Part shown: positions 18,677 through 29,948 of the stretch, one piece after another | Layout: every line of letters starts with the position of its first letter | Numbering within the stretch: the stretch's first letter is position 1 | Source of the DNA: an uncultured Chloroflexia bacterium | GTDB lineage: Bacteria; Chloroflexota; Anaerolineae; CG2-30-64-16 | DNA: 64,000 nucleotides | Assembly: GCA_963774265.1 (NCBI GenBank) | Contig: CAVZDU010000001.1 | Coordinates: forward strand, 256,001 to 320,000 | Reading direction: 5' to 3' | The notes under the pieces: model-generated | What the model saw: only the letters and a program-made list of their open reading frames with translations | What the model was told of the DNA's origin: nothing | The model's database searches: none | Translations under genes and position numbers: made by a program

Positions 18677-19678
18677 ATGACTAGGAGCGGGGTGTCGATC
18701 GTACATGTGGATAATAATCTGGCGGATGCAATCCATGCGGCACTGACCCAGGCGGGTTTGTTGACGAATATCAACGGCTCGACTCGTATTGCGCTCAAGC
18801 CGAATTTCACGTATCCATACTTTAAGGCTGGCGTGACGACCTCTCCTCTAGTCATTCGCGAGACAGTCAAGTGTCTCCGGGAACACACCGATCATATTGC
18901 CATCGTCGAGACGGATGGCGGATATGGCGCCTGGCAAGCCATCGAAGCGTTCTCTGGACACGACCTATACCAGTTGCAAAATGAGTTTGGAGTTGAAATT
19001 GTCAATCTGAATGATGAGCCGCGTGAGTTGATCTCTTTTCGTTCTGGCCGGCAAACTTACCAACTACCGTTACCGACCTGTCTGTTGCACGAAACAGATC
19101 TGTTTATTAGTATGCCAGTTCCCAAAATCCACTGCATGACGGGTTTGTCTCTGAGTTACAAGAACCAGTGGGGCTGTGTGACGGATGTCATGCGCTTGCG
19201 CCGGCACTATCTCTTTGACGATGCGATTGTGGCAGTCAATCTGGCATTGAGACCGGCTGTCCTTGCGGATGGCACGTATTTTCTGGATCGCAACGGGCCT
19301 ATGGAAGGCAAACCCATACGAATGGACCTGATCATCGCTGCGAGTGATGCAGGCGCGTTTGACCGCTATGTTTCTGAACTCATGGGATTTCCGTGGCACC
19401 GTGTGCGGCACCTTCGGCGGGCGGTGGAACTGGGTGATATGCCCGCTCGACTGGAAGAAATTCGCTATAACGTGTCACCTGGCGACGCACGAACGCATAC
19501 CTTTCGTCTTGAGCGAACCTTGCGGAATTATATAGCGCTGGCTGGTTTCAACAGTCGTTTTCTGACCTGGTTAGGGTACGAGTCGTGGTTTGGGCGTGTA
19601 GTGTTGCACGCCATTCTCTATGCCATTGCCGGTAAGCCGGTTAAGCCGCACGCGGCAAGCACATCGAAGACTGAGTAG
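18677..19678 (+). CDS. DUF362 domain protein
   Basis: IALKPN, GVTTSP, PVPKIH...LSYKNQWG and NGP motifs of DUF362. Confidence 0.8.
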   Translation: MTRSGVSIVHVDNNLADAIHAALTQAGLLTNINGSTRIALKPNFTYPYFKAGVTTSPLVIRETVKCLREHTDHIAIVETDGGYGAWQAIEAFSGHDLYQLQNEFGVEIVNLNDEPRELISFRSGRQTYQLPLPTCLLHETDLFISMPVPKIHCMTGLSLSYKNQWGCVTDVMRLRRHYLFDDAIVAVNLALRPAVLADGTYFLDRNGPMEGKPIRMDLIIAASDAGAFDRYVSELMGFPWHRVRHLRRAVELGDMPARLEEIRYNVSPGDARTHTFRLERTLRNYIALAGFNSRFLTWLGYESWFGRVVLHAILYAIAGKPVKPHAASTSKTE

Positions 19679-19685
19679 AGCCCCA

Positions 19686-20832
19686 ATGTGTGAATCAAGA
19701 ATATTGACTGTCATTGGCACCCGCCCCGAAGCCATAAAACTCGCGCCAGTGGTGCTGGAACTCGAATCGCAAGACCAGATCAATTCATCTCTCGCGTTTG
19801 TGTTACGGCACAACATCGCGAGATGCTCGATCAGCCGCTCGCGCTTTTTCGGCATTACGCCGGATTACGATTTGAATATCATGTCGCCTGGTCAGACTTT
19901 GGCGCAGGTGACTGCACGCGCGATGGAAGGGTTGGACCGTGTGCTAACCCAGGATAGACCGGACCTGATTCTGACCCAGGGTGATACCACGACCTCCTTT
20001 TGTGGTGCGCTCGCCGGTTATTATCACCGCATCCCGGTTGGGCATGTTGAAGCCGGCTTGCGGACGGGCAACAAGTATGCACCGTTTCCCGAAGAGATCA
20101 ACCGCCGGCTGGTCGGGCAGATTGCTGATTGGCACTTTGCACCAACGGAATATCGCGCGCCAGGCATTGTTGTGGGAAGGTGTGCCAGAGTCGAGCGTGT
20201 TTGTCACGGGCAATACGGTGATTGATGCCTTGCTGTGGGTGCGCGAGCGCGTGCGCGCGGCACGTGCCGGAGTTACCGGAAGGCTTGCTCGAATCGCTGG
20301 ACGGTCACACAGGTGATTCTGGTGACGGGCCATCGGCGTGAAAGTTTTGGGCAAGGATTTGAGAATATTTGCCAGGCCATTCGGGAGGTTGCCGGATCGC
20401 GTTTCCCGACTGTGGTCTTTGTCTACCCGGTGCATCTCAATCCGAACGTCCGCGAACCGGTGAATCGCATCTTGGGTGGACACCCGCGCATCCATCTGAT
20501 CGAGCCACTGTCCTACGCGCCGTTTGTCTGGCTGATGGATCGATGCGACGATCGTTCTCACCGATTCGGGCGGCGTGCAAGAAGAAGCGCCCTCTCTGGG
20601 CAAGCCGGTATTGGTGATGCGCGAGACGACTGAACGCCCGGAGGGAATCGCGGCTGGCAACGCCATGTTGGTGGGCGTACAAAAGGAGCGAATTGTCGAG
20701 GGTCTGACCAAGTTGCTGCAAGATTCTGCCAAACGCGCAACGATGGCGGCGATCAACAATCCGTATGGCGATGGAGATGCCGCACGTAGAATAGTTGAAA
20801 TATTGGCACGGATAGGACATACGGACAAATGA
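19686..20832 (+). CDS. wecB: UDP-N-acetylglucosamine 2-epimerase (non-hydrolysing); several frameshifts
   Basis: [50 protein letters not shown] and NPYGDG motifs. Confidence 0.92.
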
Positions 20833-21624
20833 CGGATAATCAATCAAACGAAAAACGGCCGCAGCAAGACCTCGAACCGGAAAAGCGAGTGGCATGAGAG
20901 AGTGTTCTATGTCGATTCTGGTCATTGGACATCCCATCCGGTGTTTGCTTCGAGGAAGAGACATTGGCTGCATAATGAAGTGCAGAGTCTGAGATTCTAC
21001 GGCGAATTGCATCGACTACGTGAAGAAGAAAACCTATAGAAATAGCGCGCGGATTCTCTTGGCTCCTGTGGGCGACGGCAAAGATATGTTCTACTTGCAG
21101 GGGGATGTTCCAAGAGCTTCATGGCATAGACATTTCACCCGTCGCGCTTGCAGAGTGCCCAAAATCTATAATCACAAAAGAGGCTGACATACTGTTTTCT
21201 GGATACGCAGGACCAATCGTTCGACATTATCGTCTGTTCCCAGTTTTTGCATCATGTTCATGGTGTTGGCTTTGATCCGTTCATCAAGGAATTCCATAGA
21301 TTACTGCGCGGGGAGGGGACGCTGGCAATCCTGGAACCGAGTCGACTGTACCCATTTGGTTGGATTACAGGCTTGGCTCGGAAGGGCTTGGGGAATGTTA
21401 CCGGGCTCGTGGAAGGTGAACGCCCCATTCAACCCCACTTGCTCACCGCTACTTTGATGAGGATGGGTTTCGAGAGCATTCGTGTTCGTGGACTGCTCTT
21501 TACGCACGTTCGATTTCCGTCTCCTATCCAGCATCTGATGGATGCCTTTGATTATCCGTTCAGGGTCATTCCTCCGTTTAGATCATTTGCGAACAGCGTC
21601 GGATGGTATTGCGCAAAGCCGTGA
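20829..21624 (+). CDS. Class I SAM-dependent methyltransferase; frameshifted
   Basis: Fragments LAPVGDG, GIDIS, SFDIIVCSQFLHH and RLLRGEGTLAILEP. Confidence 0.65.
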
Positions 21625-21677
21625 GAATTTGGCGATCGCGGAGGGTTTTCTCGAACCTCATTTGTAGGGAGAGGCAA

Positions 21678-22600
21678 ATGTCACACATTCTTGGTTACGG
21701 GAGGCAGGGGTTTTATCGGCACAAATCTCACGAATGAACTCCGCTCGCGCGGCCATACGGTTTGGACGAATGACGTATTGCAGGGTGAAGATCCGCAGCA
21801 TTTGAAGGCTGACACGGGTGTGTACCAACAGATGGACGCCATCTTTCGCCAGCATCACTTCGACTACGTGTATCATCTGGCGGCGGAGTATGGACGGTGG
21901 AACGGCGAAGATCACTACGAAAACCTCTGGCGCACGAATGTGGTGGGCACGAAGAATATGCTCCGCCTGCAGGAGCAGCATCGCTTTCGGATGATTTTCT
22001 TCTCCAGCGCCGAAGTCTACGGCGACTATGACCAGCTCATGTCCGAAGATGTGATGGAGCGCGTGCCGATCAAGCAGATGAACGATTACGCCATCTCCAA
22101 GTGGGCGGGTGAGTTACAGTGTCTGAATCACGCGGCAATGTTCGGCACAGAGACCGTTCGCGTGCGTCCGGTCGGCTGCTATGGCCCGCACGAATACTAC
22201 AGCCGCTATCGAGGGGTGATTCCGATCTTCGCTTATCACGCACTGCTGGGCAAAGAATTCACGGTCTATCGCGGGCACAAGCGCATTTTTGACTACGTCG
22301 AGGATACCTGCCGCACGTTTGCCAATATTGTCGAGAACTTCATTCCGGGTGAAGTATACAACGTGGGTGGCAAAGAGGAGTGGAGCATCAGCATCGAAGA
22401 ACTCGCCGATATCGTGTTGCAGACGGTGGGCGCAAGTCCAAGCCTGGCGGAGTACAAAGGCGAGGAAGGATTCACCACACGAGTCAAGATCGTTGACTTT
22501 TCCAAGGCCCGCCGCGATCTGAAACACGATCCCGAAGATTGACATTCACGAAGGCGTTCGTCGCTACGTGGCCTGGGCGCGCAAGGTATATGAATCCTAA
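21678..22600 (+). CDS. NAD-dependent epimerase/dehydratase; frameshifted at both ends
   Basis: VTGGRGFIG, FFSSAEVYG and YAISK (YxxxK) motifs. Confidence 0.88.
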
Positions 22601-22617
22601 CGCTGGAGAATGAAACC

Positions 22618-23663
22618 ATGGAAGATTATCAATCGTTTTACGAAGGCAAGACGGTGCTCATTACCGGCGGCGCAGGCGCCATTGGCATCGAATCTCACAC
22701 GTGCCATTGCAGAACTCAAAGCGCGTACGGTCATCGTGCTGGATGATCTTTCGGCGGCCTATGAGTGGAACATTCCCTCGTTGCCCAATGTGCTGTTTGT
22801 GAAGGGATCAGTGACGGACGAGGTCGCGCTCAAACGCGTCTTCGCGCTCAAGCCGGACATCGTCTATCATCTGGCAGCTTTCTTTGCGAACCAGAACTCG
22901 GTCGATTATCCTCAGCGTGATCTGATGACCAATGGCTTGGGCACTTTGTTGGTCTATCAGTATGCACAGATGTGCGGGACAGGGCGAGTAGTCTATGCTT
23001 CGTCAGGATGCTCAATCTACGGTTCGCAGGCGCCGCTGCCGCTTAAAGAAGATTTCATGTCCATGCATCTGACGACGCCCTACCAGATCACCAAGATGCT
23101 GGGCGAGTTGTATGGCAACTTCTTCCATCATCACTATGGATTGCCGATTGTCAAGACGCGCTTTTTCAACTCCTATGGGCCGGGCGAAGTACCTGGGCAG
23201 TACCGCAACGTCATTCCCAACTTCATCTTCTGGGCCTTGTCGGGCTTGCCGTCTGCCGTTTACGGGCAGCGGTGAAGAGACACGTGATTTTACCTATGTA
23301 ATGGACATTGTGGATGCGTTGCTGCGTGCCGGATATACTGAGCGAGCAATCGGACAGGAGATGAACATCGCCTCAGGGCACGAGGTCAAGATACTGCGGT
23401 TGGCGGAACGCATCAACGAATTGACTGGCAACAAGGCGGGTATCGTGCGAGCCGAGCCAGTGTTTGGGACACGAAGAAACGTTTGCTCGCCTCTATAGAT
23501 CGCGCAAAGGATCTATTGGGCTATGAGCCTAAAATGGAATTTGAGCAGGGTCTGGTCAACACGATTCAATGGTTTCGTGACAATTGGGACGAATATCCGC
23601 CGCGACGCTGAGTTCCCGCCGGGAATGTCCTCCGCCACACGGGGAATGGTAGTCAAACGCTAG
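22618..23663 (+). CDS. NAD-dependent epimerase/dehydratase (UDP-hexose/HexNAc 4-epimerase-like); frameshifted
   Basis: LITGGAGAIG, YQITK, RFFNSYGPGE and TRDFTYV motifs. Confidence 0.88.
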
Positions 23664-23688
23664 CCCTTGATGCCAGACGGAGTCTGAA

Positions 23689-24934
23689 TTGAGCCGGGTT
23701 TTATTGCACTCTCTGGTGTTCTCACCCGATAGCGTTTCAACCGCTTACATCATGACTGATTTGGCGGTGGAGCTAAAGCGGTTAGGGCACAAGGTTACCG
23801 TCCTAACGACCACGCCACACTATAACCTTGACCGGAGTGCCCTGGCAGCGCCAGCCATTGCAGAAACGTTGGGGAGGGTTACTTTACTATAGTGAATGCG
23901 AAGGTATCCCTGTTTGGCATGTCAAGCTACCGATGAAAGGTAAGCGGGTATGGACACGCGCTGTGGACTACGTTCGCTTTCACCTGTTATCTTTGGCGGC
24001 TAGTGTCCGAACGATTGGGGCGCAGGATGTGGTGATTGCCACTTCCCCACCCTTGACCATCGGCGTCATGTCATGGTTACTGGGTGCACGCTGGCAAGCA
24101 GCTTCGGTTTATAAGGTCGCAGAGGTTTACCCGGACCTGGCTATTCGCCAAGGAGTAGTCCGCGGAAAAATCATGATTGGATTGATGCGCTGGCTGGAAA
24201 AAATCGTATATGCACGCAATGCGATGATCGTGCCAATAGCCGAACAATTCACGAACGTGATTCGCGGGCGTGGCGTACCCGATCGGAAACTCTACACAAT
24301 CCCGGATTCTGTTGACACTGAACTCTATCGCCCATTGCCGAGGAAAAATCCATTCGCAGAACAACACGGATTGCTCGATGATTTTGTCGTATTGTATGGG
24401 GGCAACATTGGAATCGTCCAAGATTGGGAATCTGTCCTTTTTGCGGCAGAGTGTTCACTTGGAATGCCAATTCAGTTTGCCATTGTAGGCGATGGGGCGC
24501 GCCGCGAATGGTTAGCGGAGCAAGTCAAGCAGCGGAATTTGAGCAATGTCAAGCTGCTCGGGTATCAACCTAAAGAACTCATGCCCGAGATCAATGCCAG
24601 TTGTGATATTGGGACCATTCCAATGACGCGTGTCGGCGCACAGGATGGTTTTCCTTCCAAGGTCTACTCGAATCTGGCTTGTGCCAAGCCGGTGATTGTC
24701 TCTGCGGATGCGGATATGGGGATGGCGCGGCTGCTTGCACGGGCTGAGTGTGGTCGGGTTGTGCCGCCGGAGGATCGGCAGGCTTATGCCGATGCAGTCC
24801 TAAAAGCATTCCACGAACGCGATATGTTGCCCGCCGAGGGAGAACGGGGGCGCAGATTTGTCGAAACAGACTACTCTAGGCAAGCCATCGCCCGGAAATA
24901 TGACGCGTTGATTCGGCAACTGGCGAAACAGTAA
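23689..24934 (+). CDS. Glycosyltransferase family 4 (WbuB-like); frameshift near 23850
   Basis: TSPPL, YGGNIGIVQ and FPSKVY motifs. Confidence 0.85.
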
Positions 24935-24935
24935 G

Positions 24936-25948
24936 GTGCATCAGACCGTTCTTGTGACCGGCGCCGACGGGCGCGCTCGGACCGGGGGTGGTCAACCTGC
25001 TCACGACAAGCGGCTGCCGGGTGCGCGGGTTGGCGCTGGAGGGCCCACAAACGGCGTTTGATAAGGGCCAGGTGGAGTGGTTCATCGGCGACATCTGCGA
25101 CCGGCAGCTCCTGGATCGCGCCATGCAGGGCGTGTCCCATGTCGTTCATATGGCCGCGCTGTTGCACATCAACAACCCGGCCCCTCACCTGCGTGCTGAG
25201 TTCGAGCGGGTGAACGTCCAGGGCACGCAGGCGGTGGTGGACGCGACCCGCCAGTGTGATGCGCGGCGGCTGGTCTTTCTGAGCACGATCGCCGTGTACG
25301 GCTGCGAGCGCGGGGAGGTGCTGACGGAATCATCGCGACCGATCCCCGGCAGCTTCTACGCAGAAACAAAACTGACGGCTGAACGCATCGTGCTGGAAGC
25401 GCGCAACGGGGACGGCCGGCCGTTGGGCGTCGTGCTGCGGCTGGCCGCGGTCTACGGCAGCCGGGTCAAGGGGAATTACAGCCGGCTGGTTCAGGCGCTG
25501 GCGAGTGGGCGTTTCGTCCCCATCGGCGCCGGGGGCAATCGGCGCACCCTGGTGTACGATGAAGACGTGGCCGCGGCCGTGCAAACGGCATTGGAGCATC
25601 CCCACGCAGGCGGCCAGGTCTATAATGTCACGGACGGCGAGATCCATACGCTGAGCCGGATCATCGAGGCGATCTGCGTGGGCCTCGGCCGGCGTCCTCC
25701 CCGCATCGCGCTGCCCGCAGGGCCAATTCGTCTTGGGCTAGGTGCTGCAGACAGCCTTGGTCGTGCCATCGGCCGCGACCTGCCGGTCAACGGCGCGATG
25801 CTCGAGAAGTACCTTGAGGACGTGGCCGTCGACGGGACGAAGATCATGCGGGAGCTGGATTTCCGGCCCACGTACGACTTGACCGCGGGCTGGCGCGACG
25901 CCGATCGGCCAAATGCGACGGAACGGCGCTTTACCCCGTGCTCGGTGA
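24936..25948 (+). CDS. NAD-dependent epimerase/dehydratase (4-reductase-like); frameshifted
   Basis: VLVTGATGALG, FLSTIAVYG, YAETK and VYGSRVKGN motifs. Confidence 0.8.
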
Positions 25949-27000
25949 AACCACCTACCTCCATCCGCTGGTGGCGGTTGCAGCGGGCTTGCTGGCATAC
26001 CTCCTGGCGCAGCGCCGGCGTCCGCGCCATCAAGCAGTTCGCAGAGCAGCGCCAGATACCTGGATATCCCAAACGAGCGCAGCTCCCACACGCGCGACCC
26101 ATTCCGCGCGGGGGCGGGCTGGCGATCGTGGTCGTCACCGCGGGCCTGGCGCTGCTTGCCAACGCAGTGCTCGCGCTGGGCGGCTGGCCGCGGCTGCTGC
26201 CGGTCGTCGGCGCCTGGCTCCTCGTGGCCGCGGTCAGCCTCGCGGATGACCTGCGGTCGCTCCCGAATCGCATCCGCTTTGCCGCGCACGCACTGGCCGC
26301 GCTTATGGTGATCCTCAGCATAGGCTACTGGGATAGCATCGCACCTGCCCCTGATCGGAGATATCCGTCTCGGGTGGGCCGGCCTGCCGCTGACGCTGCT
26401 GTGGCTGGTGGGGCTGACCAATGCCTACAATTTCATGGACGGGATCGACGGCATTGCGGGAAGCCAGGCCGTCGTGGCCGGGATCACGTGGGCAGTCGCG
26501 GGCCTCATCAGCGGTTCGACGGGCGTCGCGCTGGTCGGCCTGGTGCTGACCGGGGCGAGCGCAGGGTTTCTTGCGTACAATTGGCCCCCGGCACGGATAT
26601 TCATGGGCGACGTGGGAAGCGCCTTCATCGGCCTGGTCCTGGCGACGCTGGCCGTTGCCGGCCATGCACAAGACGCTCGGCTGGCGTTCGTGGGCCCGCT
26701 AGCCGTCTGGCCCTTCGTCTTCGACGCGACTTTCACCTTTCTGCGGCGAGCGGCGCGCCGCGAGACGTCTTCGCGCCCCATCGCTCGCACCTCTACCAGC
26801 GGTTGGTCATCCTGGGATATTCCCATAGAAACGTGACTCTGCTGTATACTGCCCTGGCGGTGCTGGGCGGCCTTCTCGCGGCGGCCTGGCTTCTGGAGAT
26901 GCCCGGCGCATCTCCGGCGATCGCGATCGTGATACCATTGGCGGCCTTGGGCCTCTGGGCTTTTGTCTGCTCTCGTGAGCGGCTGCAGCGGTCGGGCTAG
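25938..27000 (+). CDS. MraY/WecA-like undecaprenyl-phosphate HexNAc-1-phosphate transferase; frameshifted
   Basis: PRGGGLAI, LADD, NAYNFMDGIDG, IFMGDVGS and HRSHLYQRL motifs. Confidence 0.88.
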
Positions 27001-27021
27001 ACATCTATGGAAGGGTAGCGC

Positions 27022-27067
27022 TTGGCATGTCCGCTAATCTGTATTATAATCAGGTCATCCTGACCTG
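27022..27067 (+). promoter_or_regulatory. Sigma70 promoter and palindromic operator of the TA operon
   Basis: TTGGCA-17 bp-TATAAT (27022-27050), directly followed by CAGGTCA-tcc-TGACCTG. Confidence 0.8.
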
Positions 27068-27078
27068 TTGGAGGCACG

Positions 27079-27423
27079 ATGGATCGTGTCGTGGGTATGG
27101 TGGAAGCAAAAAGCAAGCTGGCTGAACTGGTCGGTCAGGTTAAGTACGCGGGCAAACGCTTCGTCCTGGAACGCCGGGGGCGTCCGATGGCCATGCTGAT
27201 CAGCGTGGAGGAGTTCGATCGCCTGCGTGCGGTGGCCGATACCGCCAGTGGCCGGGCGTCTGCCCTGCCGCCCGAGCTGCGCCAGCGCCAGGAGCGCCTG
27301 GTGGCACGCGCGCTGGCTCTGCGGGTGCGCTATCCACAACCGGAAGAGGGGCTCGCTGAGCTGTTTGACACCCTACCTGGCCATGATGACCCCTTCTGGA
27401 CCGAAATCCAGGAAGTGGATTGA
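27079..27423 (+). CDS. Phd/YefM family antitoxin
   Basis: EAKSKLAELV and LERRGRPMAMLISVEEF motifs. Confidence 0.88.
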   Translation: MDRVVGMVEAKSKLAELVGQVKYAGKRFVLERRGRPMAMLISVEEFDRLRAVADTASGRASALPPELRQRQERLVARALALRVRYPQPEEGLAELFDTLPGHDDPFWTEIQEVD

Positions 27424-27998
27424 TGGCGCTCTGTGATCTGGCCGACGACTCGATCATTCTGCCCCAGCAACTGGTACTCGATACATCACTGTTGCTGGCT
27501 TTGCGGCAGGGAGATGATAATCCCTTCGCTTCGACCGCGCTGGCTTTCTTGAGACGCCTGCGTAACCAGGTCATCAACCTCCAGACGGTCGCCTGGTTGC
27601 CGACACCCGTGCTCCAGGAGTGCTATCATATCATTCTGAGCCACGGCTTACGCCGCACCTGGGAGGGGTCGGACCTATCCTCAAGATCTCCCAACTGGCT
27701 GGCTGCCTACAAACGGCAACCTTCGCTGTTGCGCCTGGGATTCGGGGATCTGGACCGCTTCGACGAGTTGCTGGCAAGCATCCCGCTGACCGTGGCGCAA
27801 CCGGATGATCTTGCGACGTCAACACAGATGCCCCCGCTGGAGGAACGCATGGGGCGCTTTATCAGGTCGTATGATTTGCTCCCACAGGACGCGCTAATCC
27901 TGGCGCATGCCGAGCGTTTGGGTGTGGCAGCGGTAGCCACCCTCGACAGTGATTGGCGGCGGGTCACCGAATTCGACATCTATACCACCCCCACATGA
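27423..27998 (+). CDS. PIN-domain (VapC-like) toxin
   Basis: LVLDTS, VLQE, DALILAHA and ATLDSDW acidic PIN motifs; overlaps the antitoxin stop. Confidence 0.85.
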   Translation: MALCDLADDSIILPQQLVLDTSLLLALRQGDDNPFASTALAFLRRLRNQVINLQTVAWLPTPVLQECYHIILSHGLRRTWEGSDLSSRSPNWLAAYKRQPSLLRLGFGDLDRFDELLASIPLTVAQPDDLATSTQMPPLEERMGRFIRSYDLLPQDALILAHAERLGVAAVATLDSDWRRVTEFDIYTTPT

Positions 27999-28003
27999 TG
28001 GGC

Positions 28004-29948
28004 ATGACTCGTTCTTCTTCTTGGGCCCGCGTGCTGGCAAAGGTGCGCAACCGGCACCTGTTCGCCGCGGATGCTGGTGCTGTTGGTGCTCGCGGCCGTC
28101 CTGGCCTTCGCGCTGCGGCTCGACAGCGCGACGCTGCAGCGCTACGTTCCGACGATGCTCGCCTATGCCCTCGCCGCACCCCTGATCAAGATCCCCATCT
28201 TCTGGGCCCTCGGCCTGTATCGCACGTACTGGCAGTACGCGGACACGGACGAGCTGCTGCTCCTGATCTGGGCCGCGGCAATCGGCTGCCTGGCGCAGGG
28301 CGCACTTTTCCTCGGCAGCCAGGTCCTCTTCCCGGCCCTGCTCGTCCCGGGCGTGCCGCGGTCGATCCCGTTGATCGATCTGCTGCTCACCTTCGCGGTG
28401 ATCGCGGCGCCCCGCCTGGCCCTGCGCGCAGGCGCGGTGAGCGCGCGGCGCAGCGGTAAGTCGGGTGAACCGGGCGGTCGCGTCCAGCACGTGCTGATCG
28501 CGGGCGCGGGCGAGGCCGGCGCGATGGTGCTGCGCGAGCTGCGCCAGAACCCGCAGACCGGCCTGGTGCCGGTCGGCTTCGTCGACGACGACCCGGCCAA
28601 ACACGGGGTGCTCCTCAACCGGGTGCGGGTGCTGGGGGACGCGGCGGCGATCCCGCAGCTGGTCCGCGAGCACGCTATCGACCAGGTCATCATCGCCATG
28701 CCCAGCGCGACGGGCAAGACCATCCGCGAGATCGTCGATATCTGCGAAGAAGCCGGCGTGCGCGCGCGCATCGTCCCGGGCATCTACGAGCTGCTGGGCG
28801 GGGGCGTCAAGCTCAGCCAACTGCGCGACGTGCAGATCGAGGACCTGCTGCGCCGCGAGCCGGTGCAGACCGACACGGCCCAGGTCCAGGCGCTGCTGTA
28901 CGGGAAGCGCGTGCTGGTCACGGGCGCGGGCGGGTCCATCGGCTCGGAGCTGTGCCGGCAGATCCTGCGCTGCCGCCCCGCGTCCCTGATCCTGTTGGGA
29001 CACGGCGAGAACAGCATCTTCGACATCCATAACGAATTGAAGATTGCAGATTGCAGATTGCCGAGACTACGGACTTCGACCTGCAACCTGGCGCCCGTCA
29101 TCGCGGACATCCGCTTTCCCGACCGGCTCGCGGCCGTCTTCGCCGAGCACCGGCCCGAGGTCGTCTTTCACGCCGCGGCGCACAAGCACGTGCCGCTCAT
29201 GGAAGACAACATCGCGGACGCGATCACCAACAACGTCCTGGGCACGCTCCGGCTGGTCGAAGCGAGCGTCGCGGCCGGCGTCAGCCACTTCGTCCTGATC
29301 TCCACGGACAAGGCGGTCAACCCGACCAGCGTCATGGGCGCCACCAAGCGCGTCGCGGAGCTGATCGTGGAGCAGGCCGCGCGGCACACCGGCCGCGCGT
29401 TCGTCGCGGTGCGCTTCGGCAATGTGCTGGGCAGCCGCGGCAGCGTCGTGCCCCACTTCCAGAAGCAGATCGCCGCGGGCGGGCCGGTCACGGTCACGCA
29501 CCCCGAGGTGAAGCGCTACTTCATGACCATCCCCGAGGCCGTGCAGCTCGTGCTGCAGGCCGCCACCATGGGGCACGGGAGCGAGGTCTTCGTGCTCGAC
29601 ATGGGCGAGCCGGTGCGCATCGTCGACCTGGCGCGCGACCTGATCCGCCTGTCCGGGCTGGAGCCGGAGCGCGACATCGAGGTCACGTTCACCGGCTTGC
29701 GGCCGGGCGAGAAGCTGTACGAAGAGCTGTTCGCCGCGGCGGAGGATTACGGCCGGACCGAGCACGAGAAGATCCTGCGCTTCACCAACGGCAAGGGTCC
29801 TGCAGAGGACGGCGACGACCACGACCGGTTCCCGGGGCAGATCGAGATCTTGCTCGACGCAGCCCGCCGAGGGGAGATCGGGGCCATGGCCGCGGCGCTG
29901 CAGGACCTGGTGCCGCAGTACCGCCCCCAGGAGCGGAGGGGCGAATGA
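28004..29948 (+). CDS. CapD/WbpM-like membrane-bound UDP-GlcNAc 4,6-dehydratase; frameshift near 28070
   Basis: N-terminal TM helices; IAGAGEAG, VTGAGGSIGSELCRQ, HAAAHKHVP, STDKAVNPTSVMGATK and RPGEKLYEEL motifs. Confidence 0.93.
29034..29090 (+). repeat. Heptamer repeat (AGATTGC x3) inside the CDS
   Basis: Three perfect copies at 29041-29061 and a degenerate inverse half at 29078-29090. Confidence 0.8.

Noticed and set aside
24988-27000. 670-aa ORF suggesting an epimerase-WecA fusion
   Set aside because: The frame wanders in and out of the WecA sequence, and a separate GTG start (25938) and likely stop (25948) exist. It is an indel artefact.
19686-28100. Many frameshifts in wecB, the epimerases and the WecA-like gene, read as pseudogenisation or programmed frameshifting
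   Set aside because: They are single-base indels with motifs intact on both sides. The same pattern hits housekeeping genes such as aspS and rsmG, so sequencing error is more likely.
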